A DNA stretch of 64,000 bases. It comes from Eledone cirrhosa (Eukaryota). A program made the position numbers and the translations under genes. The stretch lies in assembly GCA_964016885.1 (NCBI GenBank), contig OZ024742.1, forward strand, positions 91,202,001 to 91,266,000. The letters are read 5' to 3'. How positions within the stretch are numbered: position 1 is the first letter of the stretch; each line of letters starts with the position of its first letter. The notes beneath the pieces were generated by a model. The model worked only from the letters and a program-made list of their open reading frames with translations. It was not told where the DNA came from and made no database searches. Shown here piece after piece: positions 30,219 to 42,710 of the stretch.

Positions 30219-31789
30219 TGTATAGCCCTCACAAGCCATTCGTCGGCTCTTAGAAAACTAGGCGTTGACGAATGGCTTGTGAGGGCTATACAAGCCATGT
30301 ATAAAGAAACAGTCAGCAAGGTTAGAATTAACAACGAATATAGTGAAGAGTTTAGCGTAAAAGTTGGCGTCCATCAGGGCTCTGTTCTCAGCCCCCTACT
30401 ATTTATTATTGCCCTTCAGGCTATAACAGAGGAGTTCAAGACAGGCTGCCCATGGGAACTCCTATACGCAGACGACCTGACACTCATAGCGGAATCAATG
30501 GCCGAGCTAGAGAAGAAATTCCAAACATGGAAGCACGGCCTAGAGTCAAAAGGACTTAAAATTAACCTGGCTAAGACCAAAGTTCTAGTTTGTAGGAAAG
30601 AAAACAAGGCGGCGGTCCCTTCTGGGAAATGGTCGTGCTCGGTGTGTAGGAAAGGCGTAGGTAGAAACTCCATTTTATGTCCTAAATGCAAAGTATGGGT
30701 GCATAAAAGATGTAGTGGGATCACAGGTAAGCTAACTAAGAACATAGATTTTACATGTGGCCGATGTTCTGGTGCAATAAGTAGCAGCAAGTGCCCACAA
30801 AATACTAGCTCTTTCAATTGCGCAGAGGGTTCTATAGAAATAGTGGACAGCTTCCGTTACCTGGGCGATAAAATCAGCAGTGGGGGAGGGTGCTCTGAAA
30901 GTACTGTAGCTAGAGTCAGAACTGGTTGGAAAAAGTTCAGAGAGCTTATACCACTATTAGCTGCTAAAGGGTTCTCCCTAAAAATGAAAGGCAGGTTGTA
31001 CGATGCCAGCATACGAACAGCAATGTTGCATGGCAGTGAGACCTGGGCATTGTGTGCAGAGGATATACGCAGACTAGAGAGGAATGAAGCTTGCATGCTC
31101 CGCTGGATGTGTAACAGTAATATACGTGAACGGCAAAGCATAAACGAACTAAGGAAAAAATTAGAGATAAGAGGGATCAGATGTTGTTTACTCGAGAGAA
31201 GGCTACGTTGGTATGGACACGTGATGCGCATGAAAGTCGATAGCTGTATAACAAAGTGCAGGGCAATAAAGATAGACGGTAGCCACGGAATAGGCAGACC
31301 TAGAAAAACCTGGGACGAGCTGATAAACTCCGACCTCACACACTTACACCTCTCCAAGACAATGTCACTGGACCGAGACCTTTGGCGGTACTCAGTAACA
31401 GAGAAGACCCGCCTTGCCAGTAGGCATCTCTAACAAAATACACCCCATCCAGCCACCACCCCCACCCCATCCACACCACCCCGTTCTATGTAAAGTTATG
31501 TTGGTGCCGCGCCATCCAGGCCGAAACAAATGAGATCGTGTAGGTGTCACGACAAAAAAACACACAGTCCACGCTGTAATGTGGCCGTGTAGGCAACACG
31601 GTAAAAACCTCCCAGACCCACACTGTAAATGTGGTTGGTGTTAGGAAGGGCATCCAACTGTAGAAAACCTGCCAGACAGTCCTATGCGAGCAAGACAATC
31701 ACTCTTGCCTCAAGTGGGACTACCCCCGTCCAAACCCATGCAAGCGTGGAACACGGACGTTAAACGTTGATGATGATGATGATGATGAT
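30219..31789 (+). mobile_element. Second, shorter copy of the same RTE-type LINE with a 5' fold-back inversion
   Basis: ORF 30279-31433 is near-identical to the C-terminus of the first copy and open to the natural stop; same 3' UTR and (gat)n tail. Confidence 0.93.
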
Positions 31790-31838
31790 AAATAAATATA
31801 TATATATATAAATAAATAAATATATATATATATAAATA

Positions 31839-31914
<76 letters not shown>

Positions 31915-31945
31915 AAAATATATATATATATATAAAAATATATAT

Positions 31946-32024
<79 letters not shown>

Positions 32025-32059
32025 TATATATATATAAATATATATATATAAATATATAT

Positions 32060-32107
<48 letters not shown>

Positions 32108-32119
32108 ATATATATTTAT

Positions 32120-32210
<91 letters not shown>

Positions 32211-32218
32211 TATATTAT

Positions 32219-32309
<91 letters not shown>

Positions 32310-32314
32310 TATAT

Positions 32315-32358
<44 letters not shown>

Positions 32359-32380
32359 TATATTATATATAAATATATAT

Positions 32381-32428
<48 letters not shown>

Positions 32429-32460
32429 ATATATATAAATATATATATATAAATATATAT

Positions 32461-32492
<32 letters not shown>

Positions 32493-32608
32493 AATATATA
32501 TTATATAAAAATATATATATATATATATAAACATATATAAATATATATATATAAACATATATAAATATATATATATAAACATATATAAATATATATATAT
32601 ATATAAAC

Positions 32609-32650
<42 letters not shown>

Positions 32651-32655
<5 letters not shown>

Positions 32656-35600
32656 TTTGGTAGTGAAATGTTTATAAATATTTAGTGTTAAGCACAGTTA
32701 AAAAGAAAGACGGAGAAAAAGAAGAAATGTATGTAAAGAAAAACAGAGAGAAATAGAGAGAGATAGGGGAGAGAGAAATAGTGAGGAGGTGAAAAAAGAG
32801 ACGCAGCTGAGGCAACAGATGAATAATAATAATTCATCATACAAATTGAGAGATTTAGGAGGGAGGGAGTACTGTAATTATTCAGTTATAGTGTTAAGGA
32901 CAGTTGGGGAGGAGACGGAGAGAAATAAAAAATGAAGAGAAAACAGAGAGAGAGAAAGATAGAGGTGGGGGGGAAAAAAAGAGGTAGACCAAATAATAAT
33001 AATTATATATGGGGAGGTGAGAGAAATAGGAGAGAAATAAAGGAGAAATAAGAGAGAAACTCGAGAGGCAAAGTTAAAACAACCGATACATAGACTTCAT
33101 CATATATAAAGAGGGAGGAGAAGAAAGAGCTATATCTAGAGAGAGGGATGATAGATTTACATCATTACGTTATGTCCTATCAATTTGAATTATCAATTCA
33201 TATGAATTGGGTAATATAATGTAAATATCAATATTCATGAATGAGACATAGATATATAATGTGTGAAAATAGTTTTGCTCAACAATGACCATATGTTTAG
33301 TTTAAAATTCTGAGGTCGATGTACCAAAACTGAGATAAAACTTCAAAAAATACGGAAATATATAAGTATATACATACACATGCATATGCACTTTCCGGAA
33401 AAGGAAAGAAAGATAAAAAGAGGTCACCTCAAGTTCTAGTTGACACTATAGACATACCCATGATTTTACGTGATCAACTGTGTAATTTCTTGTTTCACAG
33501 AAAAAAAATTTTTCTTTTGTGTTATAAAAGATTTTACTATATATATATATACATAAAAAAAAAAATATATATATATATTAATATTCTTGCCCTCACATAC
33601 ATGATTATCGTTCATGTATAGAATATTATGCATATCTGTAACATATCCAGAACTATACCCACACATACATATATATATATATGTATGCACACATACAGGT
33701 ACATGGACAGATAAAATATACTCTGTAATCATTCCATATGCATATTAATACATATGGCCTTTGTACAGAGACAACCAGATATCAATATATCAGCACAGAG
33801 ATATCAAAACGTTAAAAATATTTTCATCACTCCCTAGAGTATCTCGGGCCGTAAAAACACAGTATGCCCCCCCATATCAACCACAGAAATCTACCGTTCC
33901 AATTTATCTGACAATATATTGCCAAGTTCATTAGAAGCAATCAGAATCAAAAAGCAAACAAAAAGACAAAAAATTATTCAACAAAACTTATTTAGCAGAA
34001 ATCATTTAAAAGATTTAGGAGACCCTGTTGTTCTACGGATGCTCTTATATTTAGTATAGAAGTTTATCTAGTGTAAAATTTATTCAATAGATTGGGAGCA
34101 TCTACATTTTAGGGTAGTTTAATTACATCATTAGCATATATTTATGAAGAAGGTTTAAAAGAAAAAGTTGAAGGAATCGAAAGATTTATCGTCAGGTTTC
34201 ATACATTAATTAAATATCCTAATTAATTATACTACATTTTAAATTTATATTTATAATTAAACGTTGAGTTCAATCTATGTCTGCAGCAACTGAATAAATT
34301 GCTCCTTAAATTAAGGGAATTTTTGGATTTTAATATAAAGAATATCTCCTCCACAAAGAGGTCACATGTCTCAGATGAGGAATTAAAAGGAATCCCTCTT
34401 GAGACAATATTCCAAAACATCGAATACCCAACGTTATCATGTTTAAGTTGCCAGAGTAAGCCTGATAGTGAAGTTGAAGATTTCTTGTTTGGATCTGTGA
34501 AAGAATTCTTATGATTATTGTAGCGAAGTTTAAATTCTGTCGAGGTGGAACCAACATAGTTAAAAGAATTTAAGTTAGTTTTAACATTACAATTGTATAT
34601 TATATTTTTAACTAAGCAATTGTTATTTAACGGACATTTAGATTTATTTCTACAGTTACAGTTGTTTAATTGAATATTGTTTTGGCTATTATCTGTATTT
34701 TGGCGAGGTTTTAGATTCCTATTATTTATTCTGTTAATATTTTGTGCTAAATTCTTGGTGGACGAGTAGGTTAATTTTATAGTATGTCTATTAAAAATTG
34801 AGTGATATTTATGTGTTCTAGGAAAGCGTTTGTCAAGAGCATTAAAAAATAGTTTAGCAATGTGGGTTTTAATATTTAGTGATAAAGGGGGGGGGGGGGG
34901 GGCAAACCATATTATATTTCTAGTTCTATTTCTTTTCCAGCTTTTGGAATTATTGTAATGTTTTCTATTATAGTTGTTAATGTTGTTACCGTAATTAAAA
35001 TTGTTATTATTTTGGTTAGTTTGCCTATTATTATCAATGTACTTAATTTTTTCACTATATCCTGCTCTAGCTAACGCTTCATTGTAATACTGCGCTTTTT
35101 CGTCGAAAATATTTTTATTAGATGAAATTCTTGAGATACGTTCTTGAACAGAGTTCACTATAGTATTTTTAACAGATCTGGGGTGATTAGAGTTAAAATT
35201 GACATAATTCAAGTTTTCATTTAGTTTGTGAAATGGATAGTGAAAACATGTGTTGAGATTTAGTGTTACATCTAGGAAATTGACTATTCTATGGTTATTC
35301 TCTATTTCTATTTTTAGATTAAGGTAATTAAAAAATTGTATAATTTGTTTTCTTTTTCTATTTAGTTCAGAGTTATTATTTTCAATAAGTAAAAGCATGT
35401 CATCACGATATAATCCTCCGGTTACACCAGGTATTTTTCTATGCAGCGAATTAATTATAAATAGGTCCACAAGGTCCGTTACCTGAGCTGAGTCAGATGA
35501 TCCCATAGTGATGTCGAAATTATTATCTCTATCTGCCCTAGTCCATAGTTGGTTATTAATTCTATCAATGTTTTCCTTGCCGATAATATAATGTGCATTT

Positions 35601-35695
35601 CATTGCTAGTTAGGTATGTATGTTTGAATGCGTAATTTAGTGCCTTATTCAGTAGATTAGGGGTAATAGATGAATAGTAGTTAGCAATATCTAGT
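32651..35695 (-). mobile_element. Naiad-type Penelope-like element, minus-strand copy
   Basis: ORF 34232-35506 followed by a long 3' non-coding region that is the inverted counterpart of about 39014-40565. Confidence 0.88.
34232..35506 (-). CDS. Penelope-like RT C-terminus plus GIY-YIG endonuclease (5'-truncated)
   Basis: FDITMGSSDSAQ, GGLYRDD, NFLDVTL, SNHP, CNC...CPL...CL, IIY...YVGST..FKLRY.NH, LN.RS....CRH. Confidence 0.88.
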   Translation of the reverse strand: MGSSDSAQVTDLVDLFIINSLHRKIPGVTGGLYRDDMLLLIENNNSELNRKRKQIIQFFNYLNLKIEIENNHRIVNFLDVTLNLNTCFHYPFHKLNENLNYVNFNSNHPRSVKNTIVNSVQERISRISSNKNIFDEKAQYYNEALARAGYSEKIKYIDNNRQTNQNNNNFNYGNNINNYNRKHYNNSKSWKRNRTRNIIWFAPPPPPLSLNIKTHIAKLFFNALDKRFPRTHKYHSIFNRHTIKLTYSSTKNLAQNINRINNRNLKPRQNTDNSQNNIQLNNCNCRNKSKCPLNNNCLVKNIIYNCNVKTNLNSFNYVGSTSTEFKLRYNNHKNSFTDPNKKSSTSLSGLLWQLKHDNVGYSMFWNIVSRGIPFNSSSETCDLFVEEIFFILKSKNSLNLRSNLFSCCRHRLNSTFNYKYKFKM

Positions 35696-36039
35696 TGAAT
35701 GAATTTATTATTATTGTTATATTTAATTTCTTCAAACCACTCAATAACCTCACCTTTTCACCTCTTCACTATCTCTCTGTTTTTTCATCTTTTTTCACCT
35801 ACTCATCTTTTTTCACCTCTTTTTTCACCATCTTTTTTCACCTCTTCACTATTTCTCTTTTTTCACCTCCTCACTATTTCTCTCTCCCCTATCTCTCTCT
35901 ATTTCTCTCAGTTTTTCTTTTTTAACTGTGCTTAACACTAAATATTTATAAACATCTCACTACCAAACCAGCTTCTTACATAACGGTTGGTCAATATTTA
36001 TGGTACGTCAAAATTATTTATAGAACTGTTTATATATTG

Positions 36040-36105
36040 TATTTTATCTGAAGAAGGCATGCCATATTTTTAATATGGTATCCCTGAAATATGTATAATG
36101 AAATA
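36040..36105 (+). ncRNA. Type I hammerhead ribozyme in a PLE terminal repeat
   Basis: tattttat-CTGAAGA-AGG(extended helix II)CCT-GAAA-TA TG TAT A-atgaaata; AUA triplet. The sister copy at 40633-40695 has a 3-nt deletion in the core. Confidence 0.7.
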
Positions 36106-36514
36106 AATATGGTTTTATAAATATAGTTTCCATTTGTTTAATATCGTATATCTACTCCAAAACTTGTCAAGTGCTTTATGTTAGTTATAAAATATTTACT
36201 TGTTGTAACCCAACAATTTTGTATAAAACTTTTGCATATATATATAAATATTTATATATAAATATATATATAAATATATAAATATATATATAAATATATA
36301 TATAAATATATATATATAAATATATATATATATACATAAAATATATATATATAAATAAAATATATATATATAAATAAAATATATATATATAAATATATAT
36401 ATATAAATATATATATATAAATATATATATATAAATATATATATATAAATATATATGTATAAATATATATATATAAATAAATATATATATATAAATATAT
36501 ATATATAAATATAT

Positions 36515-37055
36515 ACAGTATTTTCCGTTGTGTTGTAATATAAATATTACACACAGTAGATTATCAGCTCACGTAGAGTTTGCTCGACGGTTCCAGTTGT
36601 AGTTCCAAAAGTAATCCGGAGAAAAATAGAAAGATTTGAATGGATACAGTTTAGTTGAAAGGAATTTATTGACACGTGTTTCTATAACAGTTACATAACC
36701 TAAAACAGCTATCTACAAACTTTTAGTTATGCAGACATTCAATATTTCAATGTTATTATTTACTGTCATTTCATCAGAATAATATTACTGAGGACCTATT
36801 TAGTTTTTATAGAGAATATTAGGAGGGAGGGGTGAAGTTGTTAGAAGAATAGTTGAAGGAGTGGTTTTTCGATAGCAGTGAGAATTCTTGGTGGCAGTGA
36901 GTAATTAGATTTCCATCTGTTGTTTTGACATTTTTTATAGAATATATTATTGGTTATTTTTCTAAATCTATAGAAGGATTAGAGATAGTGAAGATATGCG
37001 TGGTTGGTTTTGTGTTTGCACTTAATTAACATTCAGACTTAAATTTTTCTTTCAA
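36515..37055 (-). mobile_element. 3' fragment of another Penelope-like element
   Basis: Carries a hammerhead and abuts TA/CA microsatellites; no long ORF. Confidence 0.5.
36666..36782 (-). ncRNA. Type I hammerhead ribozyme with long helix II insertion
   Basis: Minus strand reads uuauu-CUGAUGA-a AUGACAGU...ACUGUUAU a-GAAA-CACGUG UC-aauaa; palindromic helix III; GUC triplet. Confidence 0.72.
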
Positions 37056-37332
37056 GTGTACGTATCCTTTCACCCACGCATTCACACACAAATATATTTG
37101 CACACCTCTACAAAATACATATACACACAATTCACATATTCATACTTACATATATATACACATGCATACACATATATACACACATGTATTTATGTACATA
37201 CATACGCGCTCATGTGTATACATTTTCATACTCAACTTATCTTTATATACACACGTATAGACACACACATATATACATACATACTCTAGTCCATGTGTAC
37301 ACACATACACATACATACACATCCATATACAC

Positions 37333-37370
<38 letters not shown>

Positions 37371-37373
37371 ATA

Positions 37374-37417
<44 letters not shown>

Positions 37418-37472
37418 GCGGCGATGAATTAGTTTTGCGAGGTTTTTTATATGAAATCGTGTGTCGAAACAG

Positions 37473-37893
37473 ATATTGTTATATTTGGGGAGGGTCATAT
37501 TTGCGTAATATTGCCAGAATTAATAACAGAACACACTCACTGTTTGGTTGGTTTTTTGCTTCTCGCTGTCTTTTATATATATATATCTGCGATCTAACTT
37601 ACTCGGTCCTCAATGTTGCCATTGACTGACCGGCGGTCAAAAATAATACAGATACAATATAGACAAACACATATATATATAGTTTACATAAATCTTTGTG
37701 TTTGTCTATATTGTATCTGTATTATTTTTGACCGCCGGTCAGTCAATGGCAACATTGAGGACCGAGTAAGTTAGATCGCAGATATATATATATAAAAGAC
37801 AGCGAGAAGCAAAAAACCAACCAAACAGTGAGTGTGTTCTGTTATTAATTCTGGCAATATTACGCAAATATGACCCTCCCCAAATATAACAAT
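37473..37893. repeat. About 197-bp perfect inverted repeat with short spacer
   Basis: 37473-37670 is the reverse complement of about 37697-37893. Confidence 0.92.
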
Positions 37894-38189
37894 ATATATA
37901 TACATATATACACACACACACACATACACACATATACATATATATATATATATAAGCACTTTAATACATGAATACACTTACATCTAACTATACACATCAA
38001 ACATATATATATATTTACTTATTTATATACATTTTCACATATATATACATACTTATGGACGTTTTTAGACACATTCATTATCGCATATTTGTACCTATTC
38101 TCATCAGCATATCTTTTCATTATTAGTATGGTAATTTAAGGTTATTAATAATTTAAGGTTATTAATCTAGTTAGAAAAATATAAAAACA

Positions 38190-40740
38190 ATCTCTTCTCA
38201 ACATATATTAAGTACATCGATAATAATAAGCAAACTAACCAAAATAATAACAATTTTAATTACGGTAACAACATTAACAACTATAATAAAAAACATTACA
38301 ATAATTTCAAAAGCCAGAAAAGAAATAGAACTAGAAATATAATATGGTTTGCCCCCCATTTCTCACTAAATATTAAAACCCACATTGCTAAACTATTTTT
38401 TAATGCTCTTGACAAACGCTTTCCTAGAACACATAAATATCACTCAATTTTTAATAGACATACTATAAAATAAACTTACTCGTCCACCAAAAATTTAGCA
38501 CAACGTTTTAACAGAATAAATAATAGGAATTTAAAACCTAGCCAAAATACCGATAATAGCCAAAACAATATTCAATTAAACAACTGTAACTGTAGAAATA
38601 AATCTAAATGTCCGTTAAATAACAATAGCTTAGTTAAAAATATAATATACAATTGTAATGTAAAAACTAACTTAAATTCTTTTAACTATGTTGGTTCCAC
38701 CTCGACAGAATTTAAACTTCGCTACAATAATCATAAGAATTCTTTCACAGATCCAAACAAGAAATCTTCAACTTCACTATCAGGCTTACTCTGGCAACTT
38801 AAACATGATAACGTTGGGTATTCGATGTTTTGGAATATTGTCTCAAGAGGGATTCCTTTTAATTCCTCATCTGAGACATGTGACCTCTTTGTGGAGGAGA
38901 TATTCTTTATATTAAAATCTAAAAATTCCCTTAATTTAAGGAGCAATTTATTCAGTTGCTGCAGACATAGATTGAACTCAACGTTTAAATATAAATATAA
39001 ACTTAAAATGTAGTATAATTAGTTAAGATATTTAATTAATGTATGAAACCTGACAATAAATCTTTCGATTCCTTCAACTTTTTCTTTTAAACCTTCTTCA
39101 TAAATATAAACTAATGATGTAATTAAACTACCCTAAAATGTAGATGCTCCCAATCTATTGAATAAATTTTACGCTAGATAAACTTCTATACTAAATATAA
39201 GAGCATCCGTAGAACAACAGAGTCTCCTAAATCTTTTAAATGATTTCTGCTAAATAAGTTTTGTTGAATAATTTTTGGTTTTTTGTTTGCTTTTTGATTC
39301 TGATTGCTTCTAATGAACTTGGTAATATATTGTCAGATAAATTGGAAGGGTAGATTTCTGCGGTTGATATGGGGTGCATACTGTGTTTTTTACGGCCCGA
39401 GATATTCTAGGGAGTGATGAAAATATTTTTAACGTTTTGATATCTCTGTGCTGATATATTGATATCTGGTTGTCTCTGTACAAAGGCCACATGTATTAAT
39501 ATGAATATGGAATGATTACAGAGTATATTTTATTTTATCGGTTTATTTTATCTGTCCATGTACATATGTATGCATACATATATATATATATATGTATGTG
39601 TGGGTATAGCTCTGGATATGTTACAGATATGCATAATATTCTATACATAAACGATAATAATGTATGTGAGGGCAGGAGTATTAATATATATATTTTTTAT
39701 ATATATAGTAAAATCTTTTATAACACAAGGGAAAAAATTTTTTCTGTGAAACAAGAAATTACAGAGTTGATCACGTAAGATCATGGGTATGTCTATAGTA
39801 TCAACTAGAACTTGAGAAGACCTTCTCTTTTTCTATTTCTTTCCTTTTCCGGAAAGTACATATGTACTTATATATTTCCGTATTTTTTGAAGTTTTATCT
39901 CAGTTTTTGGTACATCGACCTCAGAATTTTAAACTAAACATATGGTCATTATTTTTCACACATTATATATCTATGTCTCATTCATGAATATTGATATTTA
40001 CATTATAATACCTAATTCATATGAATTGATAATTCAAATTGATAGGACATAACGTAAAGATGTAAATCTATCATCCCTCTCTCTCTCTAGATATAGCTCT
40101 TTCTTCTCCTCCCTCTTTATATTTGATGAAGTCTAAGTATCGGTTATTTTAACTTTGCCTCTCGAGTTTCTCTCTTGTTTTCTCTCTTACTTCTCTCCTA
40201 TTTCTCTCACCTCCCCATATATAATAATTATTATTATTTGGTCTACCTCTTTTTCCCCCCACCTCTATCTATCTCTCTCTCTCTCTTTTCTCTTCATTTT
40301 TTATTTCTCTCCGTCTCCTTAACACTATAACTAAATAAGTACAGTACTCCCTCCCTCCTAAATCTCTCAATTTGTATGACGAATTATTATTATTCATCTG
40401 TTGCCTCAGCTGCATCTCTTTTTTCACCTCCTCACTATTTCTCTCTCCCCTATCTCTCTCTATTTCTCTCTGTTTTTCTTTACATACATTTCTTCTTTTT
40501 CTCCGTCTTTCTTTTTAACTGTGCTTAACACTAAATATTTATAAACATTTCACTACCAAACCAACTTCTTACATAAAAGTTGATCAATATTTATGGTACG
40601 TCAAAATTATTTATAAAACTGTTTATATACTGTATTTTATCTGAAGGCATGCCATATTTTTAATATGGTATCCCCGAAATATGTATAATGAAATAAATAT
40701 GGTTTTATAAATATAGTTTCCATTTGTTTAACATCGTACA
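38190..40740 (+). mobile_element. Naiad-type Penelope-like element, plus-strand copy (GIY-YIG region and 3' region)
   Basis: Inverted, slightly diverged copy of about 32651-35050; stop at 39013; in-frame TAA near 38471; terminal repeat matches 35840-36150. Confidence 0.88.
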
Positions 40741-40753
40741 TATATATATATAC

Positions 40754-40801
<48 letters not shown>

Positions 40802-40849
40802 ATATACATATACATATATATATATACATATACATATATATATATACAT

Positions 40850-40902
<53 letters not shown>

Positions 40903-40913
40903 CATATATATAC

Positions 40914-40960
<47 letters not shown>

Positions 40961-41225
40961 CATATATATATACATATATATATACATATATATATACATA
41001 TATATATACATATATATATACATATACATATATACATATATATACATATATATATATACATATATACATATATATACATATACATATATATATATACATA
41101 CATTTATATATATACATATATATATATACATATATATATATACATACATTTATATATATACATACATTTATATATATACATATATATATACATATATATA
41201 TAGATACATATATATATATACATAC

Positions 41226-41264
<39 letters not shown>

Positions 41265-41283
41265 CATATATATATACATACAC

Positions 41284-41334
<51 letters not shown>

Positions 41335-41347
41335 TATATACATACAC

Positions 41348-41396
<49 letters not shown>

Positions 41397-41786
41397 TATA
41401 TACATACATATATATATATATTCATATATATATATACATATATATATACATACATATATATATATATTCATATATATATATAAATATATATATATACATA
41501 TATATATATACATATATATACATATATATATATATACATATATATATATACATATATATATATACATATATATATATACATATATATATATATACATATA
41601 TATATATACATATATATACTAGACATGAAAAATCCGCAAGCTCAAAAGTGCCACAGAATGTTATAATAAACCTTCAAAAGTGTGGGACTAGAGTTGTTGC
41701 TAAGAAATATTGTAATCATTATATATCGTACATTCTGTGGCATCCTTTATAAAAATAGCTTAAACCAACGAAGCCTTTATTTTTAC

Positions 41787-42121
41787 GCACATGGCTAAGT
41801 TGTTAGAGTATTGGCCTTGCAATCGAAAGGTTGTGAGTTCAATTCTCAAACCGGGTGATGTGTTGTTTCCTTGAGCAAGACACTTTATTTCACATTGCAC
41901 CAGTTTACTCAGCTGTAGAAATGAGATGATAGGGACCGGGGTCCATATCATTCCACTGCAAAGTGGTCGTGGAGGTGCCACGGCAAAAAAGCACCCAGCA
42001 CTCACTGTAAATGAGGTTGGTGTTAGGAAGGGCATCCAGCTGTAGAAATAAAGGCAGAATCAGTTCCCGTCCCACCCTTGCAAGCAGGGAAAAGCGGACG
42101 CAAAATGATGATGATGATGAT
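41787..42121 (+). mobile_element. tRNA-derived SINE, same family as 24749-25088
   Basis: Near-identical body; (gat)n tail. Confidence 0.88.
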
Positions 42122-42376
42122 ATATATACATACATATATATATATATATATGTACATATATATATATACATACATATATATATACATATATATATATACA
42201 TACATATATATATACATATATATATATACATATATATATATACATACATATATATATACATATATATATATACATACATGTATATATACATATACATATA
42301 TATATATATATATGTACATACATATACATATATATATATATATATATGTACATATACATATATATATATATATATA

Positions 42377-42635
42377 GTTAAACCACTGGGAGTGAAGAAC
42401 CCCTAGCCCATGTCAGGGTATTCTTCTAGGAGAAGGCATCTCAGGAAACTGGGTTAACTCCGATATAAAACCTGCGGCTCAGTAGTTACCGATGATGTTG
42501 ATCTTTTCTTCTTTTCGGGTTATAGCTACTGTCGCTCAGAGAGTGGGATTGGTTCAGTGCACAGTCTTTACTCACTTTAAAAATATTCGTCACGCACAGG
42601 CATTGCACGAGTGCATTAATAATTATTAATAGTGT

Positions 42636-42670
<35 letters not shown>

Positions 42671-42675
42671 TATTA

Positions 42676-42710
<35 letters not shown>

